Part shown: positions 24,356 through 38,535 of the stretch, in pieces
How the letters are laid out: the number at the start of each line of letters is the position of its first letter
Numbering within the stretch: the first letter of the stretch is position 1
Made by a program: the position numbers and the translations under genes
Notes under the pieces: generated by a model
The model's database searches: none
Told to the model about the DNA's origin: nothing
The model's input: only the letters and a program-made list of their open reading frames with translations
Assembly: GCA_028534125.1 (NCBI GenBank)
Contig: CM052817.1
Span: forward strand, 79,672,001-79,736,000
Reading direction: 5' to 3'
DNA length: 64,000 nucleotides
Source: Lama glama
Taxonomy: Eukaryota

Positions 24356-25720
24356 TCATTTAATAATGTGAAAGTAATGTAAACTTCTTATAATGCTATA
24401 TTTAAAAATAAGATTTACTGTCTTAACCATTTTAAGTGTACAATCCAATAGTACTGATAGCAATAGTACAATAGTGTTAAGTACATTCACTTTGTTGTGC
24501 ATGCAATATCCAGAATTCTTCATCTTACAAAGCTGAAATTCTATACCCATTAAACAATTATTCCTTATTCACCCCTTCATCAAGCCCATGGCAATTACCA
24601 TTCTACTTTCTGTCTGTATTAATTTGACCATTCTGGTTACCTCATATAAGTAAAATCATGCAGTATGTGTCTTTTTGTGACTGACTTATTTCACTTAGCA
24701 TAATGTCCTCAAAATTTCTCCATGTTGTGGCCTGTGTCAGAATTTCCTTTCTTTTTAAGGCTGAATAATAATTCTGTTGTATGCATAAACCACATTTTGT
24801 TTATCCATTCTTCTGTTGATGGACTTTTGAATTGCTTCAACTTTGGCTGTTGTCAATAATGCTGCTATGAGCGTGGGTATACAACTATCTCTTTATATCT
24901 TGCTTTCAGTTTTTTGGGTTTTATACCCAGTAGTAGAATTGCTGCATCATATGGTAATTTTATGTTTAATTTTTTTGGAAGAACTGCCATATTGTGTTCC
25001 ATAATGGCTGCACCGTTTTACATTCTACCCACAGTGCACAACGATTCTTTTTCCACATCGTTGTCAAAATTTTTTTTTCCCATGTGCTTATTGGCCATTT
25101 GTATCTTCTTTGGAGATATGTCATACTCAAGTCCAATTCTCATGAATTGGGTTGTTTGGTTTTCTTTTGGGTTTTAGGCATCTGCTATATATTCCAAATA
25201 ACACTTCCTTAGCAGATAATATGATTTGCAAATATTTTCTCCTTTTATGAAGTTTTTAATTTTGAATAAGTCCAATTTTTCTGTTTTTTCTTCTGTTTCC
25301 TGTGCCTTTGGTTTTATATATAAGAAATCATTGCCAAATCCAGTGTTATGAAGCTTTTCACCCCTGTTTGCTTCTAAGGGTTATATAGTTTAGCTCTTTT
25401 ACTTGGGTTTTTGATCCATATCAAGTTAATTTTTATATATATATTTTTAGCTAAGGGTCCAACTTCATTCTTTTGCATATGGATATCCAGTTTTTCCAGC
25501 ATCATTTATAGAAAAGACTCTTGTTTCCCCCATTGAATGGTGTTGGCACTCTTCTTTAGAATCATTTGACAACATATGTAAGGATTTATTTCTGGGTCTC
25601 TAGTCTGTTTCATTGGTCTGTGTGTCTGTCTTTATGCCAATACCACACTGTTTTGATTACTGTCACTTTTGTATTAAGTTTTGAAGTGAGGAAGTGTGAG
25701 TCCTCCAACTTCTGCCTATT
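24356..25720 (-). mobile_element. Intronic antisense L1 (L1MA/MB-like) 3' portion
   Basis: Antisense L1 3'UTR and ORF2 end (tttcacttagcataatgtcctc, atccattcttctgttgatgga, tatccagtttttccagcatcattt). Confidence 0.85.
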
Positions 25721-26697
25721 TGTGTATGGTGTTTCAAAATGCAAACCAACTTATACAGTCACATTTTCTTATTAATTGAAAGTATTGTGCTTGATAAATA
25801 GGATTTAGTATTTTTAGTTTTAGTATCTTTAGTTTTAATTCCACTTGATCCTTACTCACTGAGTAAATGAGAAAAAAATCCATCTTTCTCAGTTTTTAAA
25901 GTTCTGTTTATCTAAAGTCCAGAGTGTATATACCTAACTATAGTCAACATTTGCTTAACTAATGTGAACCCCAAGATGACATTGTCAATCTTTCTTTGCT
26001 GATTTCTGTGTATTCAGCTAGTTTCCCGTTTTACTCAAAATGAAGTCCAGAGTAGCAGTTCTATTTGTTTTGTCTTTTTGAATGATTCTTGAGAGATACT
26101 GACTACACTAGTCGAACCTTTTCTCTTGGAGCCTTCTCATTTAAGCTTTTCTTATCGTTTTTTGTCCCTTTGGTTTAGTGTCATGTTTCTTTCTTGTTTT
26201 TCCTGAATTCCCTAACTTAGGAACCAAATTGGAAAGCCATTGCTTCTCTGATTGAGACTGAAAGCTTGGAGAACTTTGAAGTATTCCCTTAGAAAATACT
26301 CTGGTAAAATAGGATTAAAATGATAATTTTTAGTTATTAAATTTTTGGTAGAATATTAAATTTAAATGTTTACCTGCTGTTACTGTAAATATGAAATTGT
26401 TCATAAGCATTCAAAACAGAGTTTGAGTTAAGTGATTTTCAGAATGTTGCATCTATTACAAAGCAAGTTATATAGTAGCATAAGACTAGGGAACCCAGAC
26501 ATGTGTTTGGTGTTTGTATAATTGATTTCAATATAGGAAAGACATGTAGCAAGGCTGAGCAAATAATTGATGGCCTAGAGTTGGCAGAAGTATACAGTAA
26601 AAAATGATCATTCTTGGATTGCTATTTTATACAGAATAGTATGATAACTGCTCTTGGAACACTGAAGTTTCATTTTTCCTTACACTTTTGTTTACAG

Positions 26698-26766
26698 GTC
26701 CTCCTCCTATTCCTGCCGAACCTCTTGCCCCACCTGAGCCAGTATATGTTTCAAAAGTACATTATG
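26698..26766 (+). CDS. ADAD1: ADAD1 coding exon 4 (Pro-rich linker)
   Basis: Acceptor tttacag; PPPIPAEPLAPPEPVYVSKVHY; donor gtagga; keeps phase 1. Confidence 0.92.
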
Positions 26767-27164
26767 GTAGGAAAGACCTTTATAATTTTTAAAGAAGATT
26801 AACTGAATTAAAAATTATAACAACATGTAATTAAAATATGCATAAGTCTGAAAATATACATTAGTTTTTATTTTTACTCAAACCTGTCACACTTCTACAA
26901 AGAGGAGTATTTCCTTCCATACTCTGCTAAAAATTAAAGAAATAATAAAATTGGAAAGGAATGATGATGAAGAAATGGCTTTTTTCTTATAAAGAGATGG
27001 TTCATCATATCATGTAACTGCTTTTTTGAGAATTCTTTGCTTTGGTGGGATTGTCATTAATGAAAGCCAGTGGCTTTCTGGTGCTTGATGGTTGGGGTAT
27101 TCATTTCAATTAATCTGTTCACTTTCTTTTAATGTTAGTTGGCACTCAAGCCCAAGAAAACTGT

Positions 27165-27350
27165 AACTGCAGTTGAAGTTACTAGTTGTGTGACCTAGGA
27201 CCAGTTACTTCTCTATACACCTTAATTTCTCTGTAAAATGGCTACAACAATAATTACCTTATAGGATAGTTGTAAGGATTTAATTATTTATACATGTAAA
27301 ATACTTAGATTGATGCCTGGCACACAGTAGGGTGCTCACTAAACAGTACT
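27165..27350. repeat. MIR SINE
   Basis: MIR core: actagttgtgtgacctagg...tctgtaaaatgg...ataggatagttgtaaggatt...gcctggcacacagtagggtgctca. Confidence 0.75.
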
Positions 27351-27354
27351 ATTT

Positions 27355-27487
27355 TTTTCAACATTTTTTTATTGAGTTATAGTCATTTTACAATGTTGTG
27401 TCAAATTCCAGTGTAGAGCACAATTTTTCAGTTATACATGAACATACATATATTCATTGTCACGTTTTTTTTCCGCTGTGAGCTACA
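27355..27487 (-). mobile_element. Very short 5'-truncated young L1 3' end
   Basis: T-tract + attgagttatagtcattttacaatgttgtgtcaaattccagtgtagagcac; same family as the 3' end at 60190 and the stub near 1286-1311. Confidence 0.8.
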
Positions 27488-30400
27488 AACAGTTAAGGGC
27501 TATTATTTTTTATAATATTTTATTTTACTCAACATTATTTGGTAATTATTGTATGCTTTTCCCGTTAGATTGTGAATCCCCTGAAAAACAAGAAATTATC
27601 CTTAATTTGTATACTCCCTACATGATAGTAACACTTCACTTCAAAGTTTAGAGTATTTATATAACTAAAATGAAAAAGAGTGTTTCTTTGTCTTTTTCAG
27701 GTCTGAGGATTAGAATTTGAAAACACTTTTATACCTATTCCAGCTTGGTTTTCCATTGTCTTTCTGAGACACAGAAAGGCTGTGTACGTTTGTGTGCTTG
27801 TTTGGATTAAAAGGACCAGACCAGGGAAAATAGGCACATTCAAAAGGCAAAATCTCCAATTAGTTAAATATAGTCACTTGATCTAACAGTCACAGGAATT
27901 GAGGAACGGAAGGGCAGTGAGTAATCAGTCTAACGGCAGTGGATATGGGAAGGGGCTCTAGTCTTTCTTTTCAACCTCTGTGGACATTTTTGATAAATAG
28001 TGGGATCGAATCCCATGTCAGTGATTGGCAAGTAATTTAGATTACTGTTACCCTGAGAAAACATCAATCTATGAGGAAGAAAGAATATGTGGTTCACAAT
28101 ATGTTTAAAGAAGTACTATGTTTAAAAAGTCAGGTTTGGTAGGCTCAGGTAAGGAGTTAAAAAGTTAAAAACTGACAGTTTTCTGTCAGTCAGAAAAGGG
28201 AGAGCAAGCATTCTTCAGGCTATGGGTAAACACAGGAGTTGGATGTTACCGATTTGAAGATAAAAAGATTTAAGACTCAAGAAAATCTCCTGAACAGCTC
28301 CTTTGGGGCCAGTTATGTAGGGTATCACTATTTCACAGCCTGTCTACTTTGCCCTATTTTTACTGGACTGTGTCTTCACTTAATATAGGGATGTTTTGGC
28401 TCTGAAGATAGGTTCAGGTTACTCCTGATACTAAAGATCACTTGAAATTAGCAACTTGAAATCAAAGAGATGGTGTTAATTAGCATTATCTATGTCGTAT
28501 TTTCTATCTCATTCTTCACTTCCAGTTATTTGTGAGAACATTTTATTTCCTCAGCAGCCAGCACGTATATATAGGAAAAATGGTATTGCACTTACTTGTT
28601 ATTCCTTCACATGTGTGCCAATAAGAGATAGATATAGTAACTAAAATTTGATTATATTCACAATATTCATTACTTCCTTCAACACCAAATTTTAGGTCAA
28701 AAGATATATCATGATGGATGCTGTTAACTTTCAGATGTTTTTTATGATATTCAAGTACAACCTTTTTAATATACAGCAAAACATTTTCTTGTCACACATG
28801 TAATCTTGTTCTGTCAGTACTAATTGCAGTGTAGTTTTCTGTTCTATCATTACACAAAATAATTGCTGACTCTGCTATCTATATAGAACATGATTAAATA
28901 AATTATAGTTCATTCATTCTGTTGAACCATGGAGAAGAAGGAGGTAACACTAATATCTACCCTTGAATGATGCCCAAGACCAAGTAAATACAAAAAGTGG
29001 GTTTTAACAAGCCCCAGTTTTTATTTTTTAAAGTGATGTATATTATTTATTTGTTTATGTTGTTGTTTATCAGAATATCCAGATTGGTAATAGTGGTTGC
29101 ATTTGGAGAGGGAAACTTCAGAATACATATCTCTTGTATTGCTGTTTCAATGAAAAAAAGTTTAATTTTAAAATATCATTAAACAAATTGCTTCTCCTGT
29201 ATTTTAAGTTTTTGGTAATAAGCAGAGCCAAGTTTTTGATTACTTCTTATTCATATTTTTACTACATGAACACAAAAAACTAATTTTTATACCACATGTT
29301 GATGGTTTTACCAATTTAAGTGAAATACATGCCAGCATACAATTATAGTAATAATTTACACCTTCACATTGTATGCTTTGTGCTTAGATAAAAGGATATA
29401 GCCAGTAGTTCTTTCTTCTTTCCCTCAGTTTCATTTTGTATTTATGTTTGTGATGTTCTTTCACTCTTTTTGATACTGTGACTTTACCTGTTTTTGCCAA
29501 GAAGAGAGCATTAATGATATTAACAAAGAAACATTCCAGTTTGACAAATAGTAAACAAAAATATGTAAATGGCCTATGAAATGAGTTACATTAGCTGAGA
29601 CTACTAATGTTAAATTTTTATCATTTGTGTGCTTCTTTAATGTAATTATTAAGCAGATACAAAGGATTTCTGTGAAAACTATAGTTAATTATACACTTCA
29701 TATGTATATGCAGTGCATGAGAGCAAAGCTGTTTCATTACTTTTTTCCTCTGAAGATAAGATGGACTGAGAACAGTTTGCTAGACTACTTAGCAACCATC
29801 ATGCAACATCAGGAACTATCAGTGGTTTAGTAAACAGCTCAACTTTGAGAAATACTATATTAAGTGATTCTGTAACTTCTCATTCTCTAGAGTAATGGTT
29901 CTTCCTTAGGAATATGCAGACATACACACACAAAGCAACAGATGGCCAAGGCACTCTCTCAGAACCTCAAGATCTGTCATACTAAAAAAACAAAATCCAT
30001 GAGTAACTTTTGAGGTATATTTTTTTGGTTATAACTTCTATGGTAATCCTAATTACTTAAAACTATCTCCTGTCAAAGTTTGGAATGTTTTTTAGTGGGA
30101 ACATGGAACTATATCAAGAGTGTAAGTGCTTAGTTCTTTTCAGCAGTTCTCAGTGGGGCAAATACTAAGTGCTTTGCAGTGGTTCTCAGTGGGGCACATA
30201 CTAAGGAGTGTATTTTGATTGTCACAATAATTAGGAAAGACTGCTGACATTCACTGAGATGTTGCTTGTCCAGCAGTGTGAGACAGTTTTATATAACAGA
30301 GAATTGTCTTGTGTCTTGTGTGACTTTTTAATATTTCATCAAATATTAATTAGTAATCTCCTAATATGTAATAGTTAACACATCTTTTTACAAGAAGCTA

Positions 30401-30581
30401 TCCAAAAAGCTCAGTATGAGTGGAACACTTTAACATCTCAGTCAAGACATGAATTATAAATTTTCATACATATCTCTATAAACTATTAACCCATTCAGTC
30501 AAAACGTTATAAAAGAAATAATAGTGGGCCTCTGGGAGAAAGCACAGTGTTCTTCAAATTCATTTGATTTTTTTTTTCTAG

Positions 30582-30707
30582 AAGGGAGACATATTCAGTT
30601 TGCAAAGATTTCACAGATTGTTAAAGAAACATTTAATCAACTAATTTCTAATCATTCACAATATCTGAAATGTAGCAACTCATTAGCTGCTTTTATAATT
30701 GAAAGAG
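30582..30707 (+). CDS. ADAD1: ADAD1 coding exon 5
   Basis: Acceptor (t)n-ctag; [42 protein letters not shown]; donor gtaagt. Confidence 0.94.
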
Positions 30708-31287
30708 GTAAGTGAGTATTTGGGATGTGTTTGTAAGAAAACTATTAAATAATTTAATGATCTGAACTATACTATAGTAATATTTTTATTAACTATCTTT
30801 GCTCCTGTTGAAAATGGTCCTGCATTGATTTTAAGTGGCCTTTTCTAGTAGGTGTGGGTCATTAAACACACAGATTATCAAAGGTAGGAATTAAGTATTC
30901 TAATCAGGAGCCAATAGAGAACTACAGAATAGTGAAATGCGAAACATTTTAAACAATAACTATGTTGGAATCACTACCAACCTGAAGCTATTGAGAAGAC
31001 CTATATAAAAAGTAACTTTTTTCATTTTCAAGTAAGAAAATATTAAAATATGAAAAATCATAAATCTCTGGTTTTCCTTGAATATTATGATGTGATTCCA
31101 GTTACATTTTATCTTCTGTTTATCCTAATAGATAAATAGATCTAATGATCAAGAAATCATAAAGCATTTTTATATGCATTTCTGATATAGATGATACACA
31201 GATAATTTGATACTTGATTCCTATTCTTAAGGATTTTTTGTGACCTAGGTGGGAAGAGAAGATATCTATGATTGTTCAAGAGTCAGC

Positions 31288-34200
31288 CTTAGCTTGAGAT
31301 CATGGAGTATATGATACCTGCCTCTGTGCTTTTTTGTTCTTTCTCAAGATTGCTTTGGCTGTTTGGGGTTTTTTTTGTGTGTGTTTGTATACAAACTGTA
31401 TGTTTATTTGTTCCAGTTCTGTGAAAAAATGCTGTTGATATTTTGGTAGGCATTGTATTGACTCTGTAGATTGCCTTGGGTAGTATGGTCATTTTAAGAC
31501 TATTCTTCCAATCCATGAGCATGGAATATATCTTTCCATCCATTTATTTGTTGTCATCTTCAATTCTTTCATCAATGTCTTATAGTTATCTATGTATAAG
31601 TATTTTACCTTCTTGGTTAGATTTATTCCTGTGTATTTTTTTCTTTCTAATGCAATTTTAAATGGGATTGCTTTTTAAACTTGTTTTTCTGATAGTTCAT
31701 TATTAGTGTATAGAAGTGCAACAGATTTCTGGATATTCTGCATCATGCAAACTTTACTGAGTTCATTTATTAGTTGTAATAGTTTTTTAATGGAGTCTAG
31801 GGATTTCTGTATATAGCATGTCATCTACAAACAGTGGCAGTTTTACTTCTTCCTATCCAGTTTGTATTCCTTTTATTTCTTTTTCTTGTCTGATTGCTGT
31901 GGCTAGGACTTCCAATACTGTGTTGAATAAAAGTAGTGATGGTGGGTATCCTTGTCTTATTCCTGGTATAAGAGGAAATGTTTTCAGCTCTTCAATGTTG
32001 AGTATGATGTTGTCTGTGGATTTCTTACATATGGCCTTTATTATCTTGAGGTATGTTCCTTCTATAGCCAGTTTGTTAAGAGTTTTTTTTTTAATCATAA
32101 ATGGATGTTGAATTTTGCCAAAAGCTTTTTCTGCATCTAATGTGATGATCGTATGATTTTTAGTTTTCGATTTGTTAATGTGGTGTACCACATTGATTTG
32201 TGGATATTAAACCATCCTAGCATCCCTAGGATAAATCCCACTTGATCATGGTATATGATCCTTCTTTTCGTGTATTGTTGAATTTGGTTTGCTAATATTT
32301 TTATTGAAGTTTTTTTTTGCATTTATGTTCTTCAGTGAGATTGGTCTGTAATTTTCTTTTTCTGTGGTGTCTTTGTCTGGTTTTGGTATCAGGGTAATTC
32401 TGGCCTTGTAGAATAAGTTTAGAAGTGATCCCTCCATTTCAGTTTTTTGAAATAGTTTGAGGAGAATAGATATTGACTCTTCTCTAAATGTTTGATAGAA
32501 TTTACTAGAAGCCATCTGGTCCTGGAGTTTTGTTTGTTGGGAGTTTTTAAATTACTTAGTCAATTTCTGTTCATATTTTCTATTTCTTCCAGGTTATTCT
32601 TGGGAGATTGTACCTTTGTAGGAATTTATCTAATTCTTATTGGCTGTACACTTCATTGGCATATAATTGTTCTTAGTAATCTCTTACAATCATTTGTATT
32701 TCTGTGGTATCAGTTCATCTCCTTTTTCATTTCTGCTTTTATTTATATGGGCCCTGTCTCTTTTTCATGATGCATCTGGCTAAAAGTTTATCAATTTTGT
32801 TTATCTTTTCAAATAACCAACCCTTAGTTTCATTGATCTTTTCTGGCTTTTTTGTTGTTGTCTCTAATTCATTTATTTCTGCTCTGATCTTTACTAGTTT
32901 CTTTTCTTCTAACTTTAGGTTGTATTTATTCTTATTTTTCTAGTTCCTTTAGGTGTAAGATTAAATGATTTATTTGAGATTTTTCTTGTTTAATGAGGCA
33001 GACTTGTATTGCTTTAATTTCCTTCTTACATCTGCTTTTGCTTTGTCCGAGAGATTTTGGTTCATTGTGCTTGCATTTTCATTTGTGTCCAGATTTTTTT
33101 TTAATTTCTTCTTTGGTTTCTGCAATGATCCATTGATTATTTAGTAGCATGCTGTTTAGACTGCATGTGTTTATGGTTTTTGCTTTTTTTCTCTTGTAAT
33201 TGATTTCCACTTTCATAGCATTATGGTCAGAAAAGATGTTTTATATGAATTCAGTCTTGTAAATTTATTGAAACTGATTTTGTGGCAGAGCATATGATCT
33301 GTCCTGGAGAATGTTCCACATGCACTTGAAAAGAATGTGTATTCTACTATTTTGGATGAAATGTTCCATATGTCTGTTAATCCCATCTGGTCTGGTGTGT
33401 CATCTGAGACCAGTGTTTCCTAATTTTATGTCTGCATAGTCTGACCATTGATATTAGTGGGCTAAGTCTCCTACTGTTATTGTATTATTGTCAGTTTTTC
33501 CCTTTATGTTTAGTAATATTTGCTTTATGTATCTAGGTGCTCCTATACTAAGTGCTTTACATTCATAATTGTTATATATTCTTTCCAGATTGATCCCTTT
33601 ATCATCACATAGAGTCCTTTTTTGTTTCTTGTTATTGTCTTTATCTTAAAGTCTATTTTGTCTGATAATAAGTGTTGTTACCCCATCTTTATTGATAGTA
33701 TTCTTGGTTGTAGGTTTTTTTCTTTCACTACTTTGAATATATTGTGCACTCCCTTCTGGCCTGCAAAGTTTCTGCTGAAAAGTCAGCTGAAAGTCTTATA
33801 GGAGTTCCCTTGTATGTAACTAGTTGCTTTTCTCTTTTTGCTGTTTACTTCCTTCATCTTTAATATTGCATTTTTAATTTTAACATGTTGATTTGGACCT
33901 CTTTGTGTTCATCTTATTAGTTTCCTGTGAGCTTCCTGGACCTGGATTTCTGTTTTCTTTCCCAGGTTGGGAAATTTTTCAGCTATTATTTCTTCAGATC
34001 TAAGTTCTCTGCCCCTTTATCTCTTCTCCTGGGATCCCTATAATGTAAATCTTAGTATGTTTGATGTTTCAGAGATGTCTTAAACTATCCTCACTTTTTT
34101 TAATTCTTTTTTTTTTTCTCTTTAGCTTGGGTGATTTCTGCTACTTTGTCTTCCAGATTGCTGATTCGTTCTTTTGTACTAGCTAATCAATTGTTGATTT

Positions 34201-34750
34201 TTTTCTAGTGTATTTTTTTTTCAGTTATTGTATTCCTCAGCTCTGTTTGGTGGTTCTTTATATTTTCTACCTCTGCCGAAATTCATACTGTGTTCATCCA
34301 TTCATCTCTTACTTCTGGTGAGCATCTTTATGATCATTATTTTAAACTCTTTATCAGGTAGATTAATTATCTCTACTTCATTTAGTTCTTTTTGTGAGGT
34401 TATGTCTTGTTCCTTCGTTTGGAATGTAATTCTCTATATCCTCATACTGTCCAATTCTCTGTGTTTATTTCTATGTGGTAGATAGTTCAGTTACATTCCC
34501 CTCTCTTGTAGAAGTAGCCTTACGTAGGAGACATCCTAGGGGACCCAGAAACACATTCTTCTCTGGTCATCAGGGCTATATGCTTTAGGGGCAACCTCCA
34601 TATTTAGTATCTGTGTGCCCTTCTGTTGTGATCTGGCTGACTACTCTGGGCATGCTAGTAGGCAGGGCTGGCTCTCAGCCCAGTTGGCTGTAAGGCCATG
34701 CCCCATGTAGTGGCCATGGGCCCAGTGGAGGACAGGGTAGGATTCCCTAC
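31288..34750 (-). mobile_element. Intronic antisense L1 (5'UTR part, ORF1 and ORF2 remnants, internal deletion near 33690, no 3' end)
   Basis: ORF-track peptides 31853-32191 ([16 protein letters not shown]...GIRQGYP) and 32246-32515 ([22 protein letters not shown]). Confidence 0.9.
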
Positions 34751-35029
34751 CATTTCTTCTTACATCTGATGAATGTGTTTTTCTTTTGGTTATCCTTTTT
34801 CTTGCATTATCAAATTCTTGTATCTGCCTGAAATGTTGCAGTTTGAGTTTACAGAGAAAGAAGCTGGGCTCTTGGCTACACTATTGCCTGTTATAACTCA
34901 GAACTTAATCACCATTCCAGAACTTATACTGACACTATATAATTTCATTTTACCACCCCATTCCCCAAACCCCATATTGGAACAGCTACATTAGAGGTAA
35001 TAGAACTTTTTTAATTTTTCATGTCTAAT

Positions 35030-35810
35030 CCTAATCCTCCAGTTTTCTTTATCTCAGTAAATGGCATCCACTCAGTTGCTAAAAATCTTAAGTCATCTAT
35101 TATTTAACCCTTTCCCTCACATCTTACAGTTCATTTTCAAGTCCTGTTTATTACATCCCCAAACTCTAACTCAGATATGATCATTTTTCCCCATTAAATC
35201 ATCATTTGAGTCTTAAGTCATTGTCTCTTACCTAAACTACTGAAACAAGTCCCCTAATTCAGCTTCTTGGACCCTACAAAAAGCAATCTCCACTTAGAGT
35301 GGTGACCTTTAAATGTAACGCAATATGATTTTTGCTTCAATAGCTTCACCATAGCTCTTGGGTGAAATCCACAAACTCCTTCGTGAGGTTTGTAATACCT
35401 CTGTCTCTAACCTCATTTTATGCCTTTCCCTTCCACTCACCTTTACTGGAACAGCTACCCTGGTCTTTCTTTGCCCAAAGTCTGCACAAGCTATTTATTT
35501 TGACTGGAATACCCTTTACCTCATTCCTCATGCTGCTCACTCTTCACTGAAACTTAAAATTCAGTTTCATAGGAAGGGGTTCTGCAGCTAGTCTATCTGA
35601 GGTAATCTTTCCTCCTGTCATTCTTTAAATTGGCCCTGTATTTGTTTTCCTTCAAAGTTCTTACCACAATTTGTGGTTTGTTTAGTCTTTTTCTTCTCTC
35701 CTTTTTAGAAGCTTCATGAGGGCATGTCTTGCTTAATTTATTCCTAGCATCTACTTCAGTGCCTGGTGTTTGCTAGGACCTCAACAATTTTTATTGAATG
35801 AATGGAAGTC
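35030..35810 (+). mobile_element. L2 3' fragment
   Basis: tatctcagtaaatggcatcc...gaagcttcatgagggca...gtgcctgg...ttattgaatgaatgga. Confidence 0.65.
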
Positions 35811-36557
35811 CTTTCTTAGATAGTTGCAAGTGTGGGAGTGAACTTTGAAAGACTAAGAATAGACATTTTCTGAAATCATCAACAGGGAGGTAAGCATAGA
35901 AGGAGATAGCTGCTCAGAGGAGAATATTTAGAGGAAAAAAGCAATGATGTAGTGACAAGGATATAGAAAGGCCACCTAGTTAGGATGTGAAAGGAAAACA
36001 GAACTATATCTGCTGAGCATAGAGTTTCAAAGAAATCTCTAATGGAGCATAGCAGAAGGTAAAGGAGCAAAACTACTAGAAAAAGCATAAGGTGCTAGTT
36101 TCTTCCAAAGAGCTGTCTCAGTAGAACAGAGAAAGAAACTATAATTTGCTTTGTAGAAAGTTTGAGTGGATTAAGAAAAAATTAGAGACATTATATATAG
36201 ATAATTCATTTAAGACCAAAGTAGAATGACAAGTGAGATCTCTTAGCTAGCAAAATAAATCTAGATGTAGAAGAAACAGATCTATATTTGTAAACTAGTG
36301 ATGTCTGGTGATTCTACTGATTATAGTAAAAAAAATGTAGATAAAGTATAATATAAAACAAACATCTGCCTTTTAAACTGAGATGTTATTGAAGTATTTT
36401 TAAAATTTTACTTCTTAGAAAACTCTCAATCTCTTACTTGAAATTGTGTAATTATTTTTCCATCATTTTGGTGAATATGGTAAAGATAGAGGTGGATATT
36501 GAACACAGGGAAGAGAGAGGTCAAAATAACCTGCTACTATTAACGTTTTCCTTTCAG

Positions 36558-36681
36558 CTGGACACCACGAAGTTGTAGCTATAGGCACAGGTGAATATAA
36601 TTACAGTCAGTGCATTAAACCAAATGGAAGAGTGTTGCACGATACTCATGCTGTTGTTACAGCAAGGAGATCTCTCCTTAG
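36558..36681 (+). CDS. ADAD1: ADAD1 coding exon 6 (deaminase N-part, HAV motif)
   Basis: Acceptor ctttcag; [42 protein letters not shown]; donor gtaaag. Confidence 0.96.
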
Positions 36682-38364
36682 GTAAAGTAACAGATACATT
36701 TAATATCATCAAATATTAATGCTCTTATTCGAAAGTAATCACATATGTCTTTTTTTACAAGTGGAATTTTACTAATCATTGAACCAAGGATGTGACAATC
36801 TCTTACTTATCCAAGCCATCTGATTATTTCCATGACATTTTTGGAAACCTTATAGTAATTGCAATATCTAGTCTGTGAATTTTAGTGGCTTCTATTATCA
36901 AGAGTTTATAAAGTCAGTTTTAAGTGTACTACAACCTTTTTTAAAGATAAGAATACTATCTTTATTACTGATTAGAGTACTTGGAGAGTATAGCTGTAGA
37001 TCTGGACCAAGAAATTCACCCTGAATTAGTCATACTTACCTAAAGGCAGAAATCAGTGGGTCTGTGCAAAGTTTACCATATAACAAAGTGTTGATAAAGT
37101 ATTCTTTAGGCTGACAGATCTCAAAGAGAAAAGCGCTGAGGTAAGCACGCATAGTATATTTTTACAAACTTATCAGTCATTCCGTTCTTTGTAAGAGGCA
37201 TTAAGTAGCAGGAGTAGAGAGAGAAACCAGGAATGTTACTATTTGGAAGTCCCTTCCTATAAAAACGTGGAAAAGTGGGAAAGAAGTATTACTTTGTACA
37301 GTATTTACCAGCTTTTGGTTCTCTTTAAGTCATTGAACTTACTTTTTATAAAACCCTTTTTAATTGAATTTCTCAAATAGCCACAAGTGAGAATCAGTTA
37401 ATTCCAGAATTCAGTTACCAGCATTCTGATACCAATCCAGTGATCATATCCAATTATTAGCATAGTTACTGGGATTTTGTTTTTATTTAATCTATGCTGC
37501 TTCACTTTTTGTTGATGGTGTTCTCTTTGCTCAAGTATTTAAAAACAAATTTAGACATATTTTATCTGAAAAACTTAAGTGTATATCTCTAATAATAAGG
37601 AAAGAATTCTGTAATCTTGAAAGCTTTTGGGAACCCCATGAAAGTTATTATGCAGCATCTTGTCCTCCCATCCCCCTTGGTGCTTACTGAATTATTTGAC
37701 CTCTTTAAAGCTACCTCTTTTGTAAGTCTTTTCTTCCCTTGCCTGGCACTGTTATATATGCTGGTGCTTAATTTTTTATTATGTATTTCTGATGGTGGGA
37801 TTAAAATCATGATTTTTTGAATAAGTAAAAATAATATTTGTCCTCTGATTTGATTAGTAGTTGTCTTTCAGGAAATCTGTTTCACTTCTTAATACTGCGG
37901 GCTTTATTATATTATTCCAATGCACTTGTGTTTTTGTCAGAACCAGTAAGTAGCAGAAACCACAGTTACTCTCTGCCTGTTTTGTCAGGGAAAGGAAAAT
38001 AGAAGTAAAGCAGGAAATTGACACTTTACCTAGGAGGCTGGGAAAGAGCTGAGAAAGAAGGAAGGAGTCAGTAGAGAAATGCATCTTTTGCAGGAAATGA
38101 TAGCTGAGGACTTTAATATGAAATGAGGGTGGAGTGGTAGTTTAGGAATGATGCCTTAAGGTAGGACACAGGGCAGACTGGGCTCTAGTTGAAGACTTCT
38201 TAAGGGATTTAATTCTTCATTCAGTAAGGGTGACATCATTTTAGAAGTTCTTATCAATATCAAAACTTTTGACATACAAGGACATTACTCATGACATATG
38301 AATATAATGTTTAAGATACGTCTAAATTTTCTTACTCAGTAAAGTTACATCTCATTTAATTTAG

Positions 38365-38535
38365 GTACTTTTATAGACAACTTCTACTCTTCTACAGCAA
38401 AAATCCTGCTATGATGGAAAAATCAGTATTTTGTACAGAACCAGCTTCTAATCTACTCACTCTCAAGCAGAATATCAACATTTACCTCTACATGAACCAA
38501 TTGCCTAAAGGATCAGCCCAGATTAAGTCACAATT
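38365..38535 (+). CDS. ADAD1: ADAD1 coding exon 7
   Basis: Acceptor tttag; [56 protein letters not shown]; donor gtaagt. Confidence 0.95.
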
